A DNA stretch of 28,838 nucleotides from an archaeon (lineage in GTDB: Archaea > Iainarchaeota > Iainarchaeia > Iainarchaeales > CSSED10-239): the NCBI GenBank assembly GCA_041657425.1, contig JBBABY010000014.1, forward strand, positions 1-28,838, read 5' to 3'. The translations under genes were made by a program, and so were the position numbers. This document shows positions 16,415 to 24,036 of this stretch, piece after piece. The number at the start of each line of letters is the position of its first letter. Position 1 is the first letter of the stretch. The notes beneath the pieces are model-generated. The model did not search any database and was not told the origin of the DNA. It saw nothing but the letters and a program-made list of their open reading frames with translations.

Positions 16415-17497
16415 ATGACAGTATCTAAAAAACAAATGTTTTCTAAACCTTTTAATTTGGTTTATGAAAATAAATATCCAGATTTACTTGTTGGACCTGG
16501 ATTTTATAGTGAATCAAATATTGCAGGGTCGTCTGATCCAAAGTCCTGGATTAAGAAAAAACCAGAAGAAATTGAAAGTGAAAGAGCTAAACAAATCTTT
16601 TCTTTTAAAAGTTATACAAAGACTGATGCTATAAAACACGATAAAGACCTTTTAGAAATACAGTTGCTTTCTCAATCAGTAGATACTACCGAGATTGAAG
16701 TGGGACTTGAAAATAAGGCTAAAAGAATAACCGAAAATTATAGTGGAGTTAATAATTACTCATATGGCTTTAGTGATCTTAAAATAATTGACAATATAAA
16801 AATTCCACAAAGCATTGACAAAGTGGTTAGTGATGGAGATCTTAAAGCTAAAGAAGGGATATTACGATTAAATGAAAAGCTAGACGACGTTTATAAGGTT
16901 GAACAAATTCTATCTATGGGGTTACTTGGGATTACAAAGAATAGAATACTAGTTCCTACAAGGTGGGCAATAACATCTACTGACGACATTATTTCTAAAA
17001 ATTTAATTGAAGAAAAACTTTTGGATTATTCAACGATAGATAAGCCCATAATCTTTACATTTATGTTCTATCAAAATATTTTTTATGTTCTTTTTGTGCC
17101 AAGAATTTGGGGATTTGAACAGATTGAGATACAAGGCGAAAAAGTATGTGAAGACTTTGAGATTAATGGGCCAAAGAAAAAATATGCATCTTCAGTTACT
17201 GGAGGCTACTATGCTTCTAGAATTGAAATTACTAAATTCTTAAATGGAATAAAAAAGCAAGCAAGCGTGATTGTCTTTAGAGACATTGATCCAAACTATA
17301 GATCTAAAGGAGTTTGGGTAATTAGAGAAGCTGTTAAAGAAGCGCTCACAAAAGAACCATTCACTTTTGACACCCTAGAACAAGCAATGGAGTTTATTGA
17401 TAAACACATCAGAAATGGAAGTGGCTACTGGTTAAAACACTCGCAACTTTACACGGAAATAAAAACCCAAAAGAAGATAACTGATTTTTTTACTTAA
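16415..17497 (+). CDS. Nre-family (DUF650/DUF651-like) putative DNA repair protein with C-terminal PIP box
   Basis: VPTRWAITSTDDIISK and TGGYYASR...VIVFRD...KGVWVIREAVKEAL resemble Nre-family conserved blocks as I recall them. The C-terminal QKKITDFF matches Qxx[ILM]xx[FY][FY]. I do not see the N-terminal Cys cluster I associate with the family. Confidence 0.55.
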   Translation: MTVSKKQMFSKPFNLVYENKYPDLLVGPGFYSESNIAGSSDPKSWIKKKPEEIESERAKQIFSFKSYTKTDAIKHDKDLLEIQLLSQSVDTTEIEVGLENKAKRITENYSGVNNYSYGFSDLKIIDNIKIPQSIDKVVSDGDLKAKEGILRLNEKLDDVYKVEQILSMGLLGITKNRILVPTRWAITSTDDIISKNLIEEKLLDYSTIDKPIIFTFMFYQNIFYVLFVPRIWGFEQIEIQGEKVCEDFEINGPKKKYASSVTGGYYASRIEITKFLNGIKKQASVIVFRDIDPNYRSKGVWVIREAVKEALTKEPFTFDTLEQAMEFIDKHIRNGSGYWLKHSQLYTEIKTQKKITDFFT

Positions 17498-17865
17498 GCT
17501 AATTCAATTACTTCTTTAATTGTAATTACAAGTGCGCCTTTTGCAGGAAACCCTTTATTTTCTTTTAAATCTTTAACAAATTTTAACCATTTTCCTGTGG
17601 AATGATATTCTACTGTGCCTTTTAATTGATAACCCTTTTCTAATTTCGTATCACTAACTGCAATTGATATATTTTTGTTAATTAAGATATTTTCTTTTGT
17701 TTTCTTCATATAATTGTCTGTTAAAATTATTTGATTTTTGGAGATTACCTTTGCACAACAAACAAAAACAACATTTGGTTTATTTTGTTTATCTACTGTT
17801 GCAACTGCCAAATCATTATTTTCGATTATCTTTTTAATTGTCATTAAGTCACTCATAAATTTCAC
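17494..17865 (-). CDS. Pyridoxamine 5'-phosphate oxidase-like FMN-binding split-barrel protein
   Basis: 123 aa. LAVATVDKQNKPNVVFV...IILTDNYMKKTKENI...ISIAV...GYQLKG is the typical PNPOx-family pattern. It directly abuts the GT4 gene with a 0-nt gap. Confidence 0.5.
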   Translation of the reverse strand: MKFMSDLMTIKKIIENNDLAVATVDKQNKPNVVFVCCAKVISKNQIILTDNYMKKTKENILINKNISIAVSDTKLEKGYQLKGTVEYHSTGKWLKFVKDLKENKGFPAKGALVITIKEVIELA

Positions 17866-18894
17866 CTATAAAAATAAAATAAAACCAACTATACAAAAAA
17901 TTACTTCCACTAGAAGTATTCCTATTGTTACTTGATATTCTTTGAATCTTGTTTTAAAGAGGGTCGGAAGATACATCATGATGTGTGTCCAAGAATAAAT
18001 GTGTTTGTAAGGCATCTTTAAAGTGCCATCTGTTTGAAGATCGCCAAGACTTCTTACTTTTAATTTTCCTCTAAGTTTAAGAATAATTTCGATGCCCCAA
18101 GGAATAAAAATAAATAATGCAAATGTTTCAATGTTTCCAATAATTGCAACACTTGCAAATGTTGCTCCAAAAAGATATGTTAATGAATCTCCTGGAAGAA
18201 TCTTTGCAGGATACCAATTATTTAAAAGATATGGAATTATTGCAAATAAAGAAATAAATGAAATAACTGCAGCTTCTGTTCTTCCGTTTAATAATGAAAA
18301 AATTCCAAGCGCCAAAGTGACTATTGCCATTAACCCGCCTTCAAGTCCATTAGTTCCTGCAAGCATATTTGTAGAGTTAGTTATTACTACAAAAAAAATT
18401 GGGACTATCAACAACCCATACCACCACCCAAAACTAATAACTCCAATAAATGGAATTTGCATTGTACTATCTCCGGCCATTATCGCAATTAATGGAATTG
18501 CAGCAAGAATTGTTAATAATGGCTTTAACCATTGTGGAAGACCAACTCTTATTTCTAAGTCTCCATAAATATTTTTTACTGGCTCTTTACTTACATTTAA
18601 ATCATCAAAAAAACCAATTAATGTTGCAATTAAAATTGACAACGTTGTTGCAATAATTAAAGTTGTATTAACTGGATAATAAAACGCAGAAAGCAAAATA
18701 AAAAGCATTAGACCAATAAACAAACCAAAGAAAACTGGTATTCCCCCGGATTGTGGCAGAATTGGTTTTTCTTTTTTTTGCTGGTCTACAGCAATTAATC
18801 CTCTTGTTACAAAGAATTTTTTAAATTGAGTAATTGTAAAAAAAGAAATAAAGAAAGCTAATAAACAACTAACAATTAATATGTAATAAATCAT
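17866..18894 (-). CDS. Glycosyltransferase family 4 polyprenyl-phosphate GlcNAc-1-phosphate transferase (AglH/WecA/MraY superfamily)
   Basis: Polytopic protein with GFFDDL (the DD motif) and NSTNMLAGTNGLEGG (the NxxNxxxGxNGLE motif). It lies immediately downstream of aglB. Confidence 0.85.
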   Translation of the reverse strand: MIYYILIVSCLLAFFISFFTITQFKKFFVTRGLIAVDQQKKEKPILPQSGGIPVFFGLFIGLMLFILLSAFYYPVNTTLIIATTLSILIATLIGFFDDLNVSKEPVKNIYGDLEIRVGLPQWLKPLLTILAAIPLIAIMAGDSTMQIPFIGVISFGWWYGLLIVPIFFVVITNSTNMLAGTNGLEGGLMAIVTLALGIFSLLNGRTEAAVISFISLFAIIPYLLNNWYPAKILPGDSLTYLFGATFASVAIIGNIETFALFIFIPWGIEIILKLRGKLKVRSLGDLQTDGTLKMPYKHIYSWTHIMMYLPTLFKTRFKEYQVTIGILLVEVIFCIVGFILFL

Positions 18895-18901
18895 TTTACC
18901 A

Positions 18902-20803
18902 TTAATTTAATTTGTCCTTATTAACTTTGTAAACTCTTACGTCTCCTGAAGTATAAGAAACATCAACGAATGATTCTAAAGTTGTATCTCTAAACCAAGT
19001 TCTTGCAAACACTGTTTTGTTTGTTGCTGCATTAAATAAATAAATTCTAGAATTATCTTTTTCTCTGTAAAGATAAACTGGTGTGCCTTGCATTATCTGG
19101 TCAGGAATTGTGTGATATTCTGTATTTATCTCATTTAATTGTGATTCTGATAATGGCTGATTTCCACAATTATACGTTACAGCCCCAGAGATTGCAGTTT
19201 GTTGCTTCTCGCAAGGAATTGCCATTCCGTAATATTTAGTGATTCTTGGATCACTAAAATTAGTGGTCCAGTAACCATACACCGCAAATGAACCCATCTT
19301 TTGAAGATCATCTGCTTCTACCATTATATAATCTGCATCATATTTTTTTAGAATTGCTTTTGCTTGATTAATGTCTTCACTTATCATAAACAATCCAAAA
19401 TCACTATCTGCTTCTTGACTTGAATTGGTATTATCAGTACTAACTTTTCTTTCTGTAAAATATGCAATCCAGTGGCCTTGATCCCACCAATTAAATATCT
19501 TTGTGTCTGTAGGAGTGTTGTCATGTACCCAAAACATTGCATTCTTCCAATCTTTTGCTTCTTCGATTGGCGGAACCTTGCTCATTACAAAGAAAGAGCC
19601 CGCTGCAATTGCTCCGATTAAAAAGATTGCAGAAATTATTACAAATGTTCTTTTTAAATTTACTGACTTACTATCTATCCATTCAGTTACTAGGAAAAAT
19701 AAAAACCCAAAACCCGCAGCTATTGGTAACCCTAGAGTGTATGTAAATTTTAATTTTGTCCAAGCCATAAACCCAGTAATTAATATCCAAAAGAAAATAA
19801 TTAAAACGAAATAATCTATATTATTGTGTTTGTGCTCTTCATGTTCTTTTTCTTTATTTTTATATTTTCCAAATAATAAATATAGTGGAATTACTATTAA
19901 CGCTAAGAAAGGAATCACAACTAATAAACTATACTTCTCTAAGAAGAACTGTTTACCTGTGTTTTCTTCACCAACTGTTGCTCCAATCACATCTGATTGT
20001 TCTACATTTATTTTATTTATTCTGTCTATATTGTCTGTCGAAACTGGCAGATATCTTGTTACATATTCAGTGGTATTATTTATCCAACTTGTTCCATGAG
20101 CAATTGTTGCAAAGATTGCAAACAATACAAAACACAAAGCAAATACTTTTGTAAAATCAAGTATTTCTTTTGTCTTTATTTTCTTTAACCACATATAAAC
20201 TAGCATTGAAAAGAAATATGCTAATAGCACTAATGGAATTAATAAAAACATATCCCAGGTAAAAGCCATTAATCCAAAGAAAATTGCACCAACAACAGAT
20301 AAAATTATCCAATTCATTAGTTTATGTCTATTCTTTATTGCTAATACTAAAAATAAAAAACCTAAAACCAACCACAGAAATCCTAAAGAATCTTCTTCAA
20401 AAAATCCACCCATTGTTCTATAAACAAAAGCAGGAACTGTTGCGGCCATTATCCCCATTGCAACTCCGGTTTTTGTATTATACATTTCTTTTCCCAAGAA
20501 AAACATACAAACCGAGATTAATGCACCAAAGATTGCAGGAAGCCATCTTGCATATTCCATTAATAGTTCTTTATCATATCCTGCTCCAAAAGTTGTAAGC
20601 TTATAGATTCCTGCTGTAAAATACCATAAGAAATGTGGCCACCCAGTGTAAGAAGTACCACCTTGTAAATAAAACCCTGCCGGATCAGAATCTGGAAGAT
20701 TTCCTTGAACAAGATAACCTGTGGCTCTCAAGTGCCAATAAGGATCAAATTCAAACATATAGTCATATCTTAGAATATGTGCCCTGATACCAAGCCCTAA
20801 CAC
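18902..20803 (-). CDS. aglB: Oligosaccharyltransferase AglB (STT3 family); the N-terminus is apparently disrupted or frameshifted (see findings)
   Basis: FEFDPYWHLR forms the EL1 acidic motif. FFEEDSL, TVGEE (TIXE-like), WWDQGHW (a WWDYG-motif variant, nt 19475-19489) and DLQK (DK-type motif) are also present, with more than 10 TM helices. The only in-frame start is the GTG at 20803. Confidence 0.88.
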   Translation of the reverse strand: MLGLGIRAHILRYDYMFEFDPYWHLRATGYLVQGNLPDSDPAGFYLQGGTSYTGWPHFLWYFTAGIYKLTTFGAGYDKELLMEYARWLPAIFGALISVCMFFLGKEMYNTKTGVAMGIMAATVPAFVYRTMGGFFEEDSLGFLWLVLGFLFLVLAIKNRHKLMNWIILSVVGAIFFGLMAFTWDMFLLIPLVLLAYFFSMLVYMWLKKIKTKEILDFTKVFALCFVLFAIFATIAHGTSWINNTTEYVTRYLPVSTDNIDRINKINVEQSDVIGATVGEENTGKQFFLEKYSLLVVIPFLALIVIPLYLLFGKYKNKEKEHEEHKHNNIDYFVLIIFFWILITGFMAWTKLKFTYTLGLPIAAGFGFLFFLVTEWIDSKSVNLKRTFVIISAIFLIGAIAAGSFFVMSKVPPIEEAKDWKNAMFWVHDNTPTDTKIFNWWDQGHWIAYFTERKVSTDNTNSSQEADSDFGLFMISEDINQAKAILKKYDADYIMVEADDLQKMGSFAVYGYWTTNFSDPRITKYYGMAIPCEKQQTAISGAVTYNCGNQPLSESQLNEINTEYHTIPDQIMQGTPVYLYREKDNSRIYLFNAATNKTVFARTWFRDTTLESFVDVSYTSGDVRVYKVNKDKLN

Positions 20804-20994
20804 AAAAATAAGAACCGCAATTAGAAGTACCCACCAATATTTAGAAAAAAGTTTTTTATTTTATTCATATAAATTCTCTTTAATTATTAAAATATATTAA
20901 TAATAAGAAACATTATGTTTTTAAAAGAAATATATTACAGAAAAAGATAAATGACTTTAAAGAAAATTAAAATATTAGAATTTGAATATAAAAT

Positions 20995-21110
20995 GTTAGC
21001 AACGTACTTGCAGCTCCAAGAAAGAACTTAGTGCAAACAATGTCGGTGATGAACTTTACTTCTGGGTTCGGAAAGGGTCCAGGTGTTTCTCCATCCCTAT
21101 GATCGCTAAC
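20995..21110 (-). rRNA. rrf: 5S ribosomal RNA (116 nt)
   Basis: The minus strand reads GTTAGCGATCATAGGG...CCGAACCCAGAAGTAAAG...ACGTTGCTAAC. The termini pair (GUUAGCGA with UUGCUAAC), the conserved loop C / helix III CCGAACCC-GAAGU-AAG motif is present, and the segment is a local GC-rich island in AT-rich DNA. Confidence 0.9.
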
Positions 21111-21132
21111 AAATAATATATGATGGTAAAGG

Positions 21133-21140
21133 TTTATAAA
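21133..21140 (-). promoter_or_regulatory. Candidate TATA box of the 5S rRNA gene
   Basis: TTTATAAA is centred ~26 nt upstream of the predicted 5S 5' end at 21110, which is the canonical archaeal TATA-to-TSS spacing. Confidence 0.45.
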
Positions 21141-21173
21141 TAGTTTGTTTGTCTATTTTAAACCTAAATCAGT

Positions 21174-21770
21174 TTATTTCTTAGCTTTCTTTGCTTTTGG
21201 TGCTTTCTCTTCCTTTTCTTCTTTAGGGCTTGTGTCTTTCTGCCCTGCAAGTACTTTCTTTAACTTGTTTAATCCCTTTACGATGTCTTCTTCTGATTTT
21301 GCACCTGCACAAATTAGCTTTCCATTCTTGAAAAGTAACATTGTTAGCTTTGGATTGAATAATCTTACAATTGCACCAGGAAATTGCTCTGGCTCGTATT
21401 CAATATTATCAAGTGTTACTGCTGCATTAAATAAATCTATTTGCTTATTAAGATTTGAAGTTGCAACTAAATTTACTATCTTATAACTTATTCTTTCTTT
21501 AAATACTGCGCCTTTTTGAACTTCGCTTATTATCTTTGTAGCTTTCTTTATTGCTGTCTTTATGTCTTTTTCACAAGATGCACCAGAGATAATTATATTT
21601 CCATTCTTAAAAAGAAGTAACGACACTTTTGGTTCAGCCATCTTTAATATTGCGCCAGGAAATTGCTCTGGTTCATATTCAACTTCTGGTATTGCAGTAG
21701 CTAGATTGTATAGATCTAAACCTGCACCTAAAGAACTTGAAGCAACTAAATTAACAATTTTATATTCCAT
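21174..21770 (-). CDS. tbp: TATA-box binding protein (TBP) with a lysine-rich C-terminal tail
   Basis: There are two internal repeats: KIVNLVAS...EYEPEQFPGAI...LLFKNGNIIISGA and KIVNLVAT...EYEPEQFPGAI...LLFKNGKLICAGA. An AAGGTG Shine-Dalgarno lies upstream. Confidence 0.95.
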   Translation of the reverse strand: MEYKIVNLVASSSLGAGLDLYNLATAIPEVEYEPEQFPGAILKMAEPKVSLLLFKNGNIIISGASCEKDIKTAIKKATKIISEVQKGAVFKERISYKIVNLVATSNLNKQIDLFNAAVTLDNIEYEPEQFPGAIVRLFNPKLTMLLFKNGKLICAGAKSEEDIVKGLNKLKKVLAGQKDTSPKEEKEEKAPKAKKAKK

Positions 21771-22013
21771 ATTTTACACCTTCTCAAAGTTTTATAAAAA
21801 GCATATATTTATATATAATATTTATATACCCAAGCATTTATAAACAAATTTCTCTTAATGAATAGTTAACTAAAACTAGTTAGTTTTGTTCGAATTGTAT
21901 ATAATTTGCAGCATCTAGGTTTACATTTCTGTAAGCAAATCAACACAATATAAAAGCTTTATGTCTCAATAATTATATAAGATTTAAAAAAAATTAAAAA
22001 AGGATAAATTAAC

Positions 22014-22328
22014 ATGGCAAACAAAAAAGCAAAAGGAAAGCGTTCCTTAACAAGAAGAAGATATAAGAGAAGTGTAAGAGACAAGACAACAGTTAATCAA
22101 TTAATTAAACCAATTGCTCTTGATGATGTTGTTCAAGTAAATGCAAATAGTGCTGTACACAGTGGATTACCTCATAGAAGAGTTGATGGAGTTGCTGGTA
22201 AAGTAATTGGATTTCAAGGGAATTGCCCAATCGTTCAATTGAAAGATGGAAATAAAACTAAGAAGATAATTACACATAGAGTTCATTTAAAGATATTACA
22301 GCAAATTGCAAAAGGTGAAAAGAAATGA
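22014..22328 (+). CDS. rpl21e: 50S ribosomal protein eL21
   Basis: Basic N-terminus KGKRSLTRRRYKR, then GLPHRRVDGVAGKVIG...VQLKDGNKTKKI, which is the eL21 SH3-like pattern. It heads the conserved L21e-Rpo4-DUF655-KsgA gene order. Confidence 0.88.
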   Translation: MANKKAKGKRSLTRRRYKRSVRDKTTVNQLIKPIALDDVVQVNANSAVHSGLPHRRVDGVAGKVIGFQGNCPIVQLKDGNKTKKIITHRVHLKILQQIAKGEKK

Positions 22329-22660
22329 TAACTAATCCAGTTTATGTTGATGATTTAAGTTTAACTGATATTAAAAAAATATTAGCAGAGAAGAGTAAAG
22401 AAAAAGAACTTAATTATGAACAAAAATTAGCTTATGAGCATGCTAAGCAATTTGCAAAATTAGCCCCTCTTAAGGCAGAAAAGTTAAAGAAAGAGCTAAT
22501 GGACTTGGAATTACCAAATGAAGTTGCAACTAAAATAGTTGATGTTTTACCTAATTCTGTAGAATTAGATTTGATTGCAGAAAAAAATAAAGCAATTACT
22601 GAAGACAATAAAGAAAAGATATTAACCTTAGTTGGGAAATATAAGAAAGATGATGAGTAA
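22325..22660 (+). CDS. rpoF: DNA-directed RNA polymerase subunit Rpo4 (RpoF)
   Basis: 111 aa and helical. LSLTDIKKIL...LNYEQKLAYEHAKQFAKL...KIVDVLPNSVELDLI fits Rpo4, and the gene overlaps rpl21e by 4 nt, as is typical in archaea. Confidence 0.8.
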   Translation: MITNPVYVDDLSLTDIKKILAEKSKEKELNYEQKLAYEHAKQFAKLAPLKAEKLKKELMDLELPNEVATKIVDVLPNSVELDLIAEKNKAITEDNKEKILTLVGKYKKDDE

Positions 22661-22666
22661 ACAATT

Positions 22667-23197
22667 ATGATGGAAATAAAGAAAGAAGCAATTGTTTTAG
22701 ATAGAGCGGTAAAAGAAATACAATTCAAACAAACACCTGTTATTCAGTGTATTGGTATTTCTAACTTCTCATTACTTGAATTGTATAGTGATGAGGCTGC
22801 AAAATTACAAGAAGTAATTAACACCGAAGATAAACCAATTAAAAGAATTACTTTTAATAAATTAACGACGATTGCAAAAAAAGAACTAGAAAAAGCAATT
22901 GAAACGATTGTTAGCAATAATCAAGAAAGATTTGTTAATTTCTTTAATAATGCTAGACCAATAAATGCAAGACGCCACCAACTTGATTTACTTCCAATGA
23001 TTGGTAAAAAACACAGAATGGCATTAACTGAATACTTAGAGAAAAATGGGCCATTTAAGACATTTGAGGATCTTAAAAAAATTGAATTGTTTCCAGATCC
23101 TGCAAAAATAATTGTTAATAGAGTATTAATAGAAATTGAGAATAATGAAGAAGAAAAATATTTCTTATTTACAGTTCCAATTATTAAGAAATTTTAA
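22667..23197 (+). CDS. DUF655-family protein (OB-fold plus helix-hairpin-helix, putative nucleic-acid binding)
   Basis: EAIVLD...FSLLEL...NQERFVNFFNNARPINARRHQLDLLPMIGKKHRMALTEYLEKNGPFKTFEDLKKI matches DUF655. The position between rpoF and ksgA is conserved. Confidence 0.75.
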   Translation: MMEIKKEAIVLDRAVKEIQFKQTPVIQCIGISNFSLLELYSDEAAKLQEVINTEDKPIKRITFNKLTTIAKKELEKAIETIVSNNQERFVNFFNNARPINARRHQLDLLPMIGKKHRMALTEYLEKNGPFKTFEDLKKIELFPDPAKIIVNRVLIEIENNEEEKYFLFTVPIIKKF

Positions 23198-23232
23198 TTT
23201 TCTTTTTTTATTTAAAAAACAGGACAAAAATC

Positions 23233-24036
23233 ATGATTAAAGACTTATATACTCAAATGCTAAAGTATAATTTCAAACCAAACCATAGTCTTGATCAAAA
23301 CTTTATTGTTGATGACGGAGTGATTAAAAGAGTTGTTGAAGAACTATCTCTTAAGAAAACAGACGTTGTTTTAGAAGTTGGTCCAGGAACTGGTTTTCTT
23401 ACTAAACAACTTCTTACTTACTGTAAAGTAATTGCAATTGAAAAAGACAAGAAGATGATTGTAATCTTAGAACAAGAATTTGTTGAAGAAATTAAATCTG
23501 GAAAACTAGTTTTGATTAATGACGACTTCTTGAAGCAAGACCTTGAAAAATATAAATTTACAAAAATTGCTACATTTCTTCCTTACTCTATTTCGCAAGA
23601 CTTTATAGAAAAAATACTTAGTTGTTTTGTTCCAGTTGTTGCAATTGTTCAAAAAGAATTTGGAGAGAAACTAACTTCTTTTCCTGGTTTTATTAACTAC
23701 AATGCAATATCTGCACTTTGTCAAAGCTATTACAAAATAACATTTGTTAGAAAAGTTGGAAAGAACAGTTTTTTCCCAGTACCTAATTGTGATTCTGCAA
23801 TTATTACGATGATTCCAAACAAAAAAACATTTGATCATAGATATAATGAGTTTGTTAAAGGAATCTTTAGATACCCAAATAAAGACGTAAGTAATGCCTT
23901 AAATCTCTTCTCCAGAGATGTTAAAATTAGAGGCGTTGCTGAAAAAGCTAAAGACTTAAAAGTAGAAATAACAAAAAAGAAAATAAGACAACTAGAAATA
24001 AAAGAACTAGAAAAGATGTATTCTGTTGTTTATTAG
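23233..24036 (+). CDS. ksgA: 16S rRNA (adenine-N6,N6)-dimethyltransferase KsgA/Dim1
   Basis: LDQNFIVD and the SAM-binding motif VLEVGPGTGFLT are present, with FLPYSIS downstream. Confidence 0.9.
   Translation: MIKDLYTQMLKYNFKPNHSLDQNFIVDDGVIKRVVEELSLKKTDVVLEVGPGTGFLTKQLLTYCKVIAIEKDKKMIVILEQEFVEEIKSGKLVLINDDFLKQDLEKYKFTKIATFLPYSISQDFIEKILSCFVPVVAIVQKEFGEKLTSFPGFINYNAISALCQSYYKITFVRKVGKNSFFPVPNCDSAIITMIPNKKTFDHRYNEFVKGIFRYPNKDVSNALNLFSRDVKIRGVAEKAKDLKVEITKKKIRQLEIKELEKMYSVVY

Noticed and set aside
18092-20598. Plus-strand ORFs antisense to the GT4 and aglB genes (18092..18568, 18450..18656, 19503..19814, 19537..19746, 19824..20099, 19885..20154, 19997..20188, 20284..20598)
   Set aside because: Several mutually overlapping frames lie opposite two well-supported membrane-protein genes. 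They are explained by AT-rich codon bias and have no recognisable motifs.
21145-21843. Internal ~280-nt direct repeat (GCNCCAGGAAATTGCTCTGG... at about 21374 and 21654) and the two antisense ORFs that both contain APGNCSGSYS
   Set aside because: This is the ancient internal duplication of the TBP fold (YEPEQFPGAI in both halves), not a mobile element or a recent duplication.
21860-21890. Direct repeat TAGTTA (x2) and small palindromes (GTTAAC, ACTAGT) in the divergent tbp/rpl21e intergenic region, considered as possible operator sites
   Set aside because: The elements are only 6 nt long in DNA this AT-rich, so chance occurrence is likely. I have no supporting conservation data.
17494-24036. 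4-nt tail-to-tail overlaps of convergent genes (17494-17497 and 24033-24036), considered as possible bidirectional terminator or regulatory structures
   Set aside because: No stem-loop or T-tract structure is visible at either site. The overlaps are most simply a consequence of extreme genome compaction.
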